Below are positions 10,319-19,745 of a stretch of 59,651 nucleotides of DNA, one piece after another (the first letter of the stretch is position 1; every line of letters starts with the position of its first letter). The DNA comes from Alphaproteobacteria bacterium (lineage in GTDB: Bacteria; Pseudomonadota; Alphaproteobacteria; Sphingomonadales; Kordiimonadaceae), in contig JABXIV010000061.1 in NCBI GenBank assembly GCA_013372925.1, positions 1 through 59,651 of the forward strand, written 5' to 3'. Below the pieces are notes generated by a model that made no database searches, was not told the origin of the DNA, and was given only the letters and a program-made list of their open reading frames with translations. A program made the translations under genes and the position numbers.

Positions 10319-10918
10319 CTATCCCTTTTCTTGGAGGCGCGCCACATATCGCGCCAAAACATCAAATTCAATATTCACAGTGTCGCCCGCTTTACTATTT
10401 CTGAAGCTGGTAACGGTCTGCGTATGAGGAATGAGATTGATTGAAAACCGAGTGACTGCGCCCTCATCAACGACTGCATTCACAGTAAGCGAAGCGCCAT
10501 CCACCGTTACGCTGCCTTTTTGCGCAATGTAGCCACCGTGTTCCGTTGGCACAGCTATGTCCATCACGATAGAGTCGCCAGCTTTTTCAAAGCGCACGAT
10601 CTCGCCGGTGCAATCTACATGGCCCGTCACGATATGGCCGCCTAGCTCATCGCCCAGCTTCAGCGCACGCTCCAGATTGATTTCGGTACTAGGCACCCAC
10701 CCCTGTAGGTTGGTAACCCGCAGGGATTCAGCCGATATATCAACCGAAAACCAACCGCTGTCTTTATCAACAACAGTTAAGCATACACCGGCACAAGCAA
10801 TAGAGGCGCCAATATCCACACTTGCCATATCGTAAGCGGTTTCGATGGTAACGCGCTTGTCGCTATCACCCTCAACTGCGCGTATGCGCCCAACATCTGT
10901 AACTATTCCGGTAAACAT
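10319..10918 (-). CDS. ribE: Riboflavin synthase (alpha chain)
   Basis: MFTGIV N-terminus, NLERAL, GGHIVTGHVD and KGSVTVDGASLT motifs. Confidence 0.96.
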   Translation of the reverse strand: MFTGIVTDVGRIRAVEGDSDKRVTIETAYDMASVDIGASIACAGVCLTVVDKDSGWFSVDISAESLRVTNLQGWVPSTEINLERALKLGDELGGHIVTGHVDCTGEIVRFEKAGDSIVMDIAVPTEHGGYIAQKGSVTVDGASLTVNAVVDEGAVTRFSINLIPHTQTVTSFRNSKAGDTVNIEFDVLARYVARLQEKG

Positions 10919-10927
10919 GCGCCTGAG

Positions 10928-12022
10928 TTACTCCGCCTTGATGTATGATGCAAGTATATCCTTACCGATAGGCCGAATTGCCACACGCGTTAAATGGGGC
11001 GCACCATCCAGTGAGGCAAGTCCCAATTCCGCAATTGCAGGTTTACCGTCTCCCCCCAGGACCTTTCCCGCCATGAAATGCTCCACTCGATCGGCAAAAC
11101 CAGCTTGAAGGAAGGAAGCATGCACTTGCCCTCCGCCTTCAACCAAAATCCGGGTTAGCCCACGTGAAGCCAGCTCTTTGCCAACGGCCTTAACATCACG
11201 AGTGTTAGCCAAATGGACCAGCTCGACACCCAGTTCAGTTAAGACAGATTCCTTTTCAGCATCCTTGATAGTGTGAAAGACAATAGGCTTTCGACTTGAA
11301 GCCGCTTGCACCAACCTATGGTCCGTTTGAAGACGCAACTGACTATCTAGGATTATGGGCACTGGCGAACGATTTTCTAAACCCGGCAAACGGCAATCAA
11401 GCGAAGGATTATCGGCTAGAACGGTATTAATTCCAACCAGAATCGCATCATGAGTGGCTCGCATCTTATGTCCGAGTGTTCGCGCCTCTGGTCCTGTGAT
11501 CCACTTGCTTTCCCCGTTTGCAAGCGCGATCTTTCCATCAAGACTTGTCGCAAGTTTAAGGGTGAACAACGGGCGACGCTCTGTTGTCTTCAGGAAAAAG
11601 CCAACATTGATTGCTTTGGCCTCTTCTTCGCAGACGCCTGTATCCACAAGAACGCCTGAAGCCCGAAGTATTTTTATACCCTGTCCGGCAACACGAGGAT
11701 CTGGATCACCCGTCGCGATAACACAGCGTGCGACACCGGAAGCGACAAGCGCTTCGGCGCAAGGGCCCGTCTGACCGGTGTGGGCACACGGCTCCAGCGT
11801 TACATAAGCGTCCGCCCCTCTGGCATTTTTACCAGCCTGTGCCAGCGCTTCTGTTTCGGCGTGGGGCCTGCCTCCTGGCTGGGTCCAACCACGCCCTAGG
11901 ATTTGACCATCCTTGACGATCACACAGCCTACAGCTGGATTGGGCGCAACATTTCCCAGGCCGCGCCGGGCCAATCCAAGCGCGACTTTCATGAATTTAT
12001 GATCGGTGACGGTTGAGGCCAC
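10928..12022 (-). CDS. ribD: Bifunctional pyrimidine deaminase/reductase RibD
   Basis: PNPAVGCV, HAE, TLEPC.H...C, KLATSLDG, SKWIT and LVEGGG motifs. Confidence 0.96.
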   Translation of the reverse strand: MASTVTDHKFMKVALGLARRGLGNVAPNPAVGCVIVKDGQILGRGWTQPGGRPHAETEALAQAGKNARGADAYVTLEPCAHTGQTGPCAEALVASGVARCVIATGDPDPRVAGQGIKILRASGVLVDTGVCEEEAKAINVGFFLKTTERRPLFTLKLATSLDGKIALANGESKWITGPEARTLGHKMRATHDAILVGINTVLADNPSLDCRLPGLENRSPVPIILDSQLRLQTDHRLVQAASSRKPIVFHTIKDAEKESVLTELGVELVHLANTRDVKAVGKELASRGLTRILVEGGGQVHASFLQAGFADRVEHFMAGKVLGGDGKPAIAELGLASLDGAPHLTRVAIRPIGKDILASYIKAE

Positions 12023-12035
12023 TCAAGCCTCCTAC

Positions 12036-12515
12036 TTAGCTCTCTTCGGAGAAAATCTCGTCTTCTGTGCCTGACATCTTGCCCAGAAACTTCTCAAAGT
12101 CCGAGGCTTCCCGGAAATTACGATACACAGATGCGTAACGAACATAGGCCACCTGATCCAGGCTCTCCAGCCCTTCCATCACCAAGCGCCCGATCTCGCC
12201 GGATTCAATTTCATTTTCTCCCATGGATTCCAAACGACGGACAATACCATTGATCATGCGCTCAACCCGATCCGGATCAACTGGTCGTTTCCGAAGGGAA
12301 ATATCCAAAGAACGCTCAAGCTTGGCGCGTTCGAAAGGAACACGGCGTCCCGTTTTCTTGATTACAGTCAGTTCACGCAATTGCACGCGTTCGAATGTAG
12401 TGAACCGCGCACCGCATGCAGGACAAAACCGTCGGCGACGAATGGCCGACTTGTCATCCGTGGGACGGCTGTCTTTTACCTGAGTGTCTTCGTTCTGACA
12501 AAACGGACAACGCAT
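12036..12515 (-). CDS. nrdR: Transcriptional repressor NrdR
   Basis: [27 protein letters not shown]-cone domain and [10 protein letters not shown] motif. Confidence 0.97.
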   Translation of the reverse strand: MRCPFCQNEDTQVKDSRPTDDKSAIRRRRFCPACGARFTTFERVQLRELTVIKKTGRRVPFERAKLERSLDISLRKRPVDPDRVERMINGIVRRLESMGENEIESGEIGRLVMEGLESLDQVAYVRYASVYRNFREASDFEKFLGKMSGTEDEIFSEES

Positions 12516-12590
12516 ATGCCCCCTACTCCCCTGATTTATTTTGACACTTATGGTGTGGGAGAATGCGCCCACACCATCTTGTGGTCAAGC

Positions 12591-13883
12591 TTAGCCTAAT
12601 TCACTATAGATTGGGAAGCGTGCACAAAGTGCAGCGACTTTTTCACGCACAGCTTCTTCTGCAGCGTCATTGTTATCTGGGTTCGCAGCCAAGCTATCCA
12701 GCACTTCTGTGATCATGTCAGCAATCTGCATGAACTCTGTCTCGGCAAAACCACGTGTCGTACCCGCTGGAGTACCAAGACGGATACCGGACGTAATGAA
12801 CGGCTTTTCCGGGTCAAACGGCACACCGTTTTTGTTGCAAGTCATGTGCGCACGCTCAAGCGCTTCATCGGCAGCCTTACCTGTGATGCCTTTCGGGCGC
12901 AGATCAACCAGAACGACATGCGTATCTGTACCACCAGAAACAATATCAAAACCGTTTTCCTTCAGGCGGTCAGCCAATACTTTCGCATTCTTCACAACCT
13001 GGGCCGCATATTCCTTGAATTCAGGCCGCAGTGCTTCACCGAACGCAACAGCCTTCGCAGCAATCACATGCATCAACGGGCCACCTTGAAGGCCCGGGAA
13101 TACAGCAGAGTTGATCTTCTTGGAGATATCCTCACGATTTGTGAGGATCATACCACCACGTGGGCCGCGCAGCGTTTTATGCGTGGTTGTTGTCACCACA
13201 TCTGCATACTCAAGCGGGTTTGGATGCGCGCCGCCAGCTACCAGGCCTGCAAAGTGCGCCATATCAACCATCAGAAGCGCGCCAACGCTATCTGCAATTT
13301 CACGGAAACGTTTGAAATCAATTACCCGTGGATAGGCCGAACCGCCTGCGATGATCAGGCTTGGCTTATGCTCGGCGGCCATTTCAGCAACTTGATCATA
13401 GTCGATTTGAGCGTCTTCGCGGCGCACACCATACTGAACAGCATTAAACCACTTACCGGACATAGCTGGTGCTGCACCATGTGTCAGGTGACCTCCTGCA
13501 TCAAGTGACATACCCATGATGGTCTCACCGGGCTTTACAAGTGCCAGCATAACAGCACCGTTTGCCTGTGCCCCAGAATGCGGTTGCACATTCACGAAAC
13601 CAGCGCTGAACAGCTTCTTAGCGCGCTCAATCGCCAGGTTTTCTGCAACATCCACATGGTGACAGCCCTGGTAGTAGCGGCGACCAGGATAGCCTTCTGC
13701 ATATTTGTTCGTCAAAACTGAGCCTTGCGCCTCAAGAACGGCGCGGCTCACGATATTTTCAGAAGCGATAAGTTCGATCTGGCCTTGTTGGCGTTCCAGC
13801 TCACCATCTACTGATGCGAGCAGCTCAGGGTCTGTTTCGGAAAGGTGGGAGGAGAAGAAGCCGGGTTGCGTAAAACTGGTCAT
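12591..13883 (-). CDS. glyA: Serine hydroxymethyltransferase
   Basis: [19 protein letters not shown] and [14 protein letters not shown] motifs. Confidence 0.98.
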   Translation of the reverse strand: MTSFTQPGFFSSHLSETDPELLASVDGELERQQGQIELIASENIVSRAVLEAQGSVLTNKYAEGYPGRRYYQGCHHVDVAENLAIERAKKLFSAGFVNVQPHSGAQANGAVMLALVKPGETIMGMSLDAGGHLTHGAAPAMSGKWFNAVQYGVRREDAQIDYDQVAEMAAEHKPSLIIAGGSAYPRVIDFKRFREIADSVGALLMVDMAHFAGLVAGGAHPNPLEYADVVTTTTHKTLRGPRGGMILTNREDISKKINSAVFPGLQGGPLMHVIAAKAVAFGEALRPEFKEYAAQVVKNAKVLADRLKENGFDIVSGGTDTHVVLVDLRPKGITGKAADEALERAHMTCNKNGVPFDPEKPFITSGIRLGTPAGTTRGFAETEFMQIADMITEVLDSLAANPDNNDAAEEAVREKVAALCARFPIYSELG

Positions 13884-13930
13884 CGTATGTAGCCTTGAAA
13901 CTGTGGGGTAAAAATTTCGTACTGAATATA

Positions 13931-14368
13931 TTAAGCGCCTAGCTTGTCGACACGACGTTGATGGCGGCCGCCCTCAAAGTCCGTAGTCAGGAAGGCATCA
14001 AGGCAATCAAGCGCAGTCTCGACACCGATCAGGCGGGCGCCTAGCGCGAGTACGTTTGCATCATTATGTTGCCTTGAGAGTTTTGCCATGAGGCCACTTT
14101 GGCACAAAGCCGCCCGCACAGCCGGATTTCTGTTTGCAGCGATAGAAATGCCGATGCCGGAACCGCAGATCAACACGCCTCTTTTCGCGCGCCCATCGGC
14201 AATTTCCTCACCCATTGCAGCACCAAAGTCAGGATAGTCAACGGATTCGGGACCATTCGTCCCAAGATCCAGAACGTCAAATCCACGGTTACTTAGTTCC
14301 GCTTTCAACGTTTCCTTGAGCTCAAAGCCTGCATGATCACATGCGATTGCAATTGTTTCGGATCCCAT
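13931..14368 (-). CDS. rpiB: Ribose-5-phosphate isomerase B
   Basis: DHAG, SVDYPD, CGSGIG, HNDANVL and FEGGRH motifs. Confidence 0.95.
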   Translation of the reverse strand: MGSETIAIACDHAGFELKETLKAELSNRGFDVLDLGTNGPESVDYPDFGAAMGEEIADGRAKRGVLICGSGIGISIAANRNPAVRAALCQSGLMAKLSRQHNDANVLALGARLIGVETALDCLDAFLTTDFEGGRHQRRVDKLGA

Positions 14369-14526
14369 TGCGCGCCTCTTTGATTAGGATTCCGTGGTAA
14401 ACCCACGTTGGAAAAACGCGGTTTGATTATCATAGAAACAGTGAGAACCCAAGCACACAAAAAGCGGATAAGGTTGAATTTCGCTTTTTGTACAATTAAT
14501 GGCTGCTAATACTTGGCTTATTGATG

Positions 14527-14542
14527 GTTAACTTTTTATTAA
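14527..14542. promoter_or_regulatory. CtrA-type box upstream of mucR
   Basis: GTTAA-CTTTTTA-TTAA, which reads TTAA-N7-TTAAC on the minus strand. Lies in an AT-rich region about 100 nt before mucR. Confidence 0.5.
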
Positions 14543-14639
14543 TAAATAAATTAGCTAGAAAAGCCTATTTAATCTTGTATTCAATACAGAATTGCGGCAA
14601 TAAATTGCAAAAATTTTAAGAATTTGGAGCAAAGAATTA

Positions 14640-15056
14640 ATGTCGGATTACACTACCTCCCCAAATCCTGCCGACATAATGCTGGGCCTGGTGACAGACA
14701 TTGTTGCGGCATATGTTAGTAATAACACCGTGCACTCTGACGACTTGCCCGGCGTAATCAAAACTGTACATACAACTCTAAGCGCGCTTCATCAGGATAA
14801 TGCCGGCGGTCGCGCCGATAATCAAAAACCTGCAGTGCCTGTAAGCAAGTCATATACAAATGACTATATTATCTGCCTGGAAGACGGGAAGAAACTGAAG
14901 ATGCTCAAACGCTATCTTCGCACCCGTTACGGCATGAGCCCAGAAGAATACCGGGCAAAATGGGGCTTACCAGTTGATTATCCGATGGTGGCCCCCAATT
15001 ACGCGGCAAAAAGATCGGAATTTGCCAAACAAATCGGTCTAGGCAAGAAGCGCTAG
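14640..15056 (+). CDS. mucR: MucR/Ros family nucleoid-associated regulator
   Basis: DIVAAYVSNN, PAVP, IICLEDGKKLKMLKRYL and YRAKWGLP.DYPMVAPNY motifs. Confidence 0.95.
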   Translation: MSDYTTSPNPADIMLGLVTDIVAAYVSNNTVHSDDLPGVIKTVHTTLSALHQDNAGGRADNQKPAVPVSKSYTNDYIICLEDGKKLKMLKRYLRTRYGMSPEEYRAKWGLPVDYPMVAPNYAAKRSEFAKQIGLGKKR

Positions 15057-15082
15057 CCTTTAACATGCTCACATGAAATCAA

Positions 15083-15301
15083 TCACGCCAGAAGCCCCTT
15101 ATTGGGGCTTTGTTTTTTTTCTGCGTCACGCTTCATTACATACTGAAGCTTTTTGACAGCGAGTGCCTCAAGTTCTTTCTGGCTTGCACGAGGATCACCG
15201 ACGATTTGCACTTCCCTGCCGGTATGAGAACACACTGCGCTAACACGAACAGCATTGCCGATTCTGATAAATTCGATAATGACGTCGCCAGAGCCTGCCA
15301 T
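15083..15301 (-). CDS. Small conserved alphaproteobacterial protein (DUF6898-like)
   Basis: 72 aa, pattern VIIEF.RIGNAVRVSAV...TG.EV.IVG...A..KL. Starts 9 nt after the hemA stop. Confidence 0.7.
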   Translation of the reverse strand: MAGSGDVIIEFIRIGNAVRVSAVCSHTGREVQIVGDPRASQKELEALAVKKLQYVMKRDAEKKQSPNKGLLA

Positions 15302-15310
15302 TTAAAGCCC

Positions 15311-16528
15311 CTAGCCAACCTCGCGTTTGAGATTCAACCTACCCCAAACATCGCACAAGGCGTCAACAAGAGCGTCCATTACCTTGTCATCATGCAGTGG
15401 ACCAGGAGTGAAGCGCAGCCGTTCCGTTCCGCGAGGAACTGTAGGATAATTGATCGGCTGGACGTAAATACCGTACTCATTAAGCAACATGTCAGACACA
15501 TCCTTGCAAAGCACAGGATCGCCGATGAAAAGCGGTACGATATGGCTTTCAGAATCCATCACGGGCAGGTTCGCGTCTTTCATAAGCTGCTTCAGCTTGG
15601 CAGCCCGCTCTTGATGCTGGTCTCTCTCAGCTTGGCTGCTCTTTAGGTGTCTAATACTTGCAAGTGCACCTGCAGCCAAAACAGGACTTAGGGCAGTTGT
15701 GAAGATAAATCCTGAAGCATAGCTGCGGACTACGTCAACAAGTGCCTTCGAGGCAGCAATATACCCGCCCATCACACCAAAAGCCTTACCAAGCGTGCCT
15801 TCGATGATAGTCAAGCGTTCAGCAACTCCATCACGTTCTGAAACACCGCCGCCGCGCTTACCGTATAGGCCAACTGCGTGCACCTCGTCCAGATAAGTCA
15901 TGGCGCCGTATTTATCAGCCAGGTCACAAATCGCACCGATAGGCGCAATGTCGCCATCCATGGAATACACAGATTCAAAGGCAATCAACTTGGGAGCTTC
16001 AGGATCAGAAGCCTTCAAAAGTTCCTCAAGGTGCTCGAGGTCATTATGGCGGAAGATATGTTTCTTCGCACCGCTATTCCTGATCCCCTGGATCATAGAT
16101 GCATGATTCATCTCGTCGGAATAAACGATACAACCGGGTAGCAATTTGGCTACTGTGGACAAAGTCGCTTCATTGGAAATGTAGCCAGAAGTAAACAGAA
16201 GCGCCGCTTCCTTGCCATGAAGGTCGGCAAGTTCCTCTTCCAGCAACACATGGTAATGGTTGGTGCCGGCGATGTTACGTGTGCCACCAGCCCCTGCACC
16301 GGTTTCATCCAGCGCTTTGTGCATGGCACCGATCACGGCTTCGTGCTGGCCCATTCCAAGATAATCATTCGAACACCAAACGGTGATAGCGCGCGCATTA
16401 TCCCCTGCATCATGCCTCAGGGCACGCGGGAAGTTACCGCGCTCTCTTGAGATGTCTGCAAAGACCCTGTAACGCCCCTCTTGGCGCACAGCCTCAATCG
16501 CGTCGGCGAATATCTTTTTATAATCCAT
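15311..16528 (-). CDS. hemA: 5-aminolevulinate synthase
   Basis: [40 protein letters not shown] and [11 protein letters not shown] motifs. Confidence 0.97.
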   Translation of the reverse strand: MDYKKIFADAIEAVRQEGRYRVFADISRERGNFPRALRHDAGDNARAITVWCSNDYLGMGQHEAVIGAMHKALDETGAGAGGTRNIAGTNHYHVLLEEELADLHGKEAALLFTSGYISNEATLSTVAKLLPGCIVYSDEMNHASMIQGIRNSGAKKHIFRHNDLEHLEELLKASDPEAPKLIAFESVYSMDGDIAPIGAICDLADKYGAMTYLDEVHAVGLYGKRGGGVSERDGVAERLTIIEGTLGKAFGVMGGYIAASKALVDVVRSYASGFIFTTALSPVLAAGALASIRHLKSSQAERDQHQERAAKLKQLMKDANLPVMDSESHIVPLFIGDPVLCKDVSDMLLNEYGIYVQPINYPTVPRGTERLRFTPGPLHDDKVMDALVDALCDVWGRLNLKREVG

Positions 16529-16606
16529 TTGGCATTCCACATGCTAGCAACTCACCGGAAGTGTACCGGTGTGCTCTTCTTAACGCAATGACGCGTTCTA
16601 CGTCCA

Positions 16607-16623
16607 GCGTCGAAAATGTCGCA
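16607..16623. promoter_or_regulatory. Candidate RegA/PrrA/RegR site upstream of hemA
   Basis: GCGTC-GAAAAT-GTCGC, i.e. GCGNC-spacer-GNCGC with an AT-rich spacer, about 80 nt upstream of hemA. Confidence 0.45.
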
Positions 16624-16665
16624 CTTGGATATAAAAATAGGGCAACAGAAAAGCAAGGCCAGTCT

Positions 16666-17145
16666 TTAAAGACCGAAATGAAGCTTATCCGACCAATACC
16701 GCTCCAGGTTCCGGAGATTCTTCCGCAAGCTCTTGAGTTCTTCATGATTGATTAGGTCATCCTGCATCAATTCCTCAAGGTGCTGCTTATACAGATTATC
16801 AATCAAATCCCGGATCTCATACCCCTTGTCGGTAAGGGAAATACGCACCGCACGCCGATCATAATCGGATCGTTCGTGGCGAAGGTATCCCATCTCAACC
16901 AGCTTCTTGAGATTGTAGGATACGTTTGAACCCTGATAGTAACCACGTGTTTTCAACTCACCGGCCGTCATCTCATTTTCCCCGATATTATGCAAGAGAA
17001 GCGCTTGCACCGGGTTCAAGTCGTTGCTACCGATATGTTCAAGGTGGTTTTTGAGAACATCGAGAAGGCGCCTGTGAAGACGTTCAACAAGCGACAGGAT
17101 GTCGAGAAATAGGAACTTTGGGTCGTTAAAATCGTAACCGCTCAT
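16666..17145 (-). CDS. MarR-family regulator (LdtR-like)
   Basis: ERLHRRLLDV, QALLL.NIG, RGYY.GSNVSYNLKKL and DRRAVRI.LT.KG motifs. Confidence 0.88.
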   Translation of the reverse strand: MSGYDFNDPKFLFLDILSLVERLHRRLLDVLKNHLEHIGSNDLNPVQALLLHNIGENEMTAGELKTRGYYQGSNVSYNLKKLVEMGYLRHERSDYDRRAVRISLTDKGYEIRDLIDNLYKQHLEELMQDDLINHEELKSLRKNLRNLERYWSDKLHFGL

Positions 17146-17172
17146 GGTATTTGCCTGACTAATTAGAGAAGA

Positions 17173-17196
17173 TTTTTAGTGAATCTTGACTAAAAA
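17173..17196. promoter_or_regulatory. Palindromic operator candidate upstream of the MarR gene
   Basis: TTTTTAGTGAA-tc-TTGACTAAAAA, 11-bp arms with one mismatch, 28 nt from the ATG. Confidence 0.5.
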
Positions 17197-17359
17197 CACT
17201 TTGAGCAACAAGTCCTAACGCTTTGTTAATGTTAAAATTTGAATTATTTTTTGTATCAAAACGGCCTTCATGCCAGAAAATGGTGCAAAATTAACCGAAT
17301 AACCCATACAGACCTCAAGCCAGAATTATATATGGCTGAAAATTAGTAAGGATTGCCCA

Positions 17360-18349
17360 ATGACCGCACGTTTTCCCGCCACACGCCTACGCCGGCCACG
17401 CGCTACGGATTGGTCCCGCCGCATGGTTCGGGAAAACCAGTTGTCAGTAAATGACCTGATCTGGCCAATTTTCATCCACGACGGCAAGGACATAATAGAG
17501 CCCGTATCCTCAATGCCTGGCGTGAACCGCCTATCTGTAGACCAAGCGGTCAAGGCCGCAAAAGAAGCAGCAAGTCTTGGTATTCCGTGCATCGCCCTAT
17601 TTCCCAATACGCCAGCCGACTTGCGCGACGAACGCGGCGATGAAGCCCTGAATGCAGACAACCTGATCAATACAGCCATGCGGGCCATCAAGGATGCCGT
17701 GCCAGAGATAGGCCTGCTTGCCGATGTTGCGCTTGATCCATACACAAGCCACGGACAAGACGGGCTCGTGGAAGACAATATTATTCTGAATGACGAGACT
17801 GTTGGCGTTTTGGTCCAGCAAGCCGTACTTCAGGCTCAATCAGGCGCCGACATTATTGCGCCTTCCGACATGATGGACGGGCGGATCGGTGCCATTCGTG
17901 ATGAACTGGACAAGGCTGGTTTTGCGCATGTCCAGATCATGGCTTATGCTGCAAAATATGCCTCCGCTTTCTATGGACCATTCCGGGACGCAGTGGGCAG
18001 CAAAGGTGCCCTTAAGGGCGACAAGAAGACCTATCAAATGGACCCGGCAAATCGCCTGGAAGCTCTTAGGGAAGTTGAACTCGACATCAATGAAGGCGCT
18101 GATAGCGTCATGGTGAAGCCAGGCATGCCTTATCTGGATATCATCCGCGACGTGAAAGGTGCCTTCGGCGTACCCACCTATGCCTATCAGGTGTCAGGTG
18201 AGTATGCGATGCTGGTAGCTGCGGCACAGAATGGTTGGCTGGATCAGGAATCTGTGATGATGGAATCGCTTTTGGCGTTCAAGCGTGCTGGCGCAAATGG
18301 GGTCTTGACCTACTTCGCACCCATGGCCGCCAAGTTGCTGCAAGCTTAG
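17360..18349 (+). CDS. hemB: Porphobilinogen synthase, Zn-independent type
   Basis: DVALDPYTSHGQDG (no Cys), APSDMMDGR, FYGPFRDA, MVKP and AYQVSGEY motifs. Confidence 0.97.
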   Translation: MTARFPATRLRRPRATDWSRRMVRENQLSVNDLIWPIFIHDGKDIIEPVSSMPGVNRLSVDQAVKAAKEAASLGIPCIALFPNTPADLRDERGDEALNADNLINTAMRAIKDAVPEIGLLADVALDPYTSHGQDGLVEDNIILNDETVGVLVQQAVLQAQSGADIIAPSDMMDGRIGAIRDELDKAGFAHVQIMAYAAKYASAFYGPFRDAVGSKGALKGDKKTYQMDPANRLEALREVELDINEGADSVMVKPGMPYLDIIRDVKGAFGVPTYAYQVSGEYAMLVAAAQNGWLDQESVMMESLLAFKRAGANGVLTYFAPMAAKLLQA

Positions 18350-18921
18350 TTCTGAGGCTGCTGATCTTCTTCAGGTGGTTTCGGGAATTCTACCATCATA
18401 TATTGAAGGTTCTGGTTAGGTGTCGCCACCTGCCAACGGACACCAAACTCGTCGGGCTGATAGTAGATGGGGAATACCGCGCCACTGTCTTTCCTATCCC
18501 GACAGGTGCGGCTAATTTTCCGAGCAACCCCATCCGCAAACCCACGGAAGCTCTGATCAAGCAGGCGTGCGCCATCGATCCACTCGATATCCGCCTGCTC
18601 GTTACAGGTCGCGGTTAGCCCGATCCACATTGACGTTGTCCGCATTTGCGGGAAATTCAGGATCAGAAAATAGTGCGTGTTAACATCCTTAACGGTGGCG
18701 AGCTGGCCTTCCCTGCCTTCATAAATATAGCCTTTCACCATACGGCTGGCATGTTCCCAGCTATGTGGTGGACGGCCGTAAAACTCGAAGACCTGAAAGT
18801 AGCTTCCCGTTGCGCTGTCTAGTGACGCCTGACCGATTGGCCGCGCAACGGCCGTACCTGTTTCATCAATACCCTGAAACAGGGTCATCAAAATGGCTAC
18901 AGTTGCACCAAGAAAAGACAT
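18346..18921 (-). CDS. Exported protein with a C-type lectin-like fold
   Basis: Hydrophobic N-terminus, then SY.QV, SWEHA, GQLATV, WIGL, WIDG and terminal VEF, spaced as in C-type lectin domains. Confidence 0.55.
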   Translation of the reverse strand: MSFLGATVAILMTLFQGIDETGTAVARPIGQASLDSATGSYFQVFEFYGRPPHSWEHASRMVKGYIYEGREGQLATVKDVNTHYFLILNFPQMRTTSMWIGLTATCNEQADIEWIDGARLLDQSFRGFADGVARKISRTCRDRKDSGAVFPIYYQPDEFGVRWQVATPNQNLQYMMVEFPKPPEEDQQPQN

Positions 18922-19000
18922 AGATCCTCCGCGTATGCGTGTCGTATTCTATCTGCCACAATAATATTGCATTGAAAACGCTGTATATCAGATGAACAGA

Positions 19001-19735
19001 TCAGTCGTCTGTTTTTGGTGCGCGTGCAAGCGATTTGACAATACCGCGCATGGTATGGACCTCCTGACGCGAAAAGGAGGCATTTTGAACCAAATTCCTG
19101 AGCGTACGGCGGAGCGGATTTCTGCGATCCTCCGACCGAAAATAACCTCGTTTATCCAGTTCAGTTTCCATATGTTCCATCAACCCCAGCAACTCTTCCT
19201 TGTTCGCTAGGCGGTCATCATGTGAAGGCTGGTACGCTGGTGTTTCATCTGCATATGTATGGAGCTCATAGGCCGCTAGAATTACCGCCTGAGCGAGGTT
19301 CAGGCTTCCGAAATCAGGGTTCACAGGCACGGTGAGTACGGTATCAGCCAGCACAACATCATCGTTCGTAAGCCCTGAACGCTCAGGGCCAAACAAAATC
19401 GCAGGCGTTGAACCCTCGTCAATATAGCGGTGAAGCTGAGCCGCCATTTCGCGCGGGGTAACGACCGGCTTTGGCATATCCCGGTCTCGCACGGTGGCCG
19501 CATAAACATGCGTGCAGTCCGCCACGGCTTCCTCAACCGTTTCAAAAACCCGAGCTTGATCAAGCACGACATCGGCGCCTGAGGCTGCGGGGCCCGCTGC
19601 AGGGTTTGGCCAACCATCACGCGGTGCTACAAGCCGCATGTCTGTTAGCCCGAAGTTAAGCATAGCGCGGGCAGCCTTGCCGATATTTTCACCCAGCTGC
19701 GGGCGCACGAGAATAATCGCAGGTTGCTTGTTCAT
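19001..19735 (-). CDS. trmJ: SPOUT tRNA 2'-O-methyltransferase, TrmJ/LasT family
   Basis: ILVRPQLGENIGKAARAMLNFGL, FGPERSGL and SLNLAQAV motifs. True start is ATG 19735. Confidence 0.88.
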   Translation of the reverse strand: MNKQPAIILVRPQLGENIGKAARAMLNFGLTDMRLVAPRDGWPNPAAGPAASGADVVLDQARVFETVEEAVADCTHVYAATVRDRDMPKPVVTPREMAAQLHRYIDEGSTPAILFGPERSGLTNDDVVLADTVLTVPVNPDFGSLNLAQAVILAAYELHTYADETPAYQPSHDDRLANKEELLGLMEHMETELDKRGYFRSEDRRNPLRRTLRNLVQNASFSRQEVHTMRGIVKSLARAPKTDD

Positions 19736-19745
19736 CGCCACAACC

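Noticed and set aside
12023-12590. FMN riboswitch ahead of the rib genes, and cobalamin riboswitch ahead of the cobT-like gene
   Set aside because: The intergenic gaps are short and no conserved aptamer motifs are visible.
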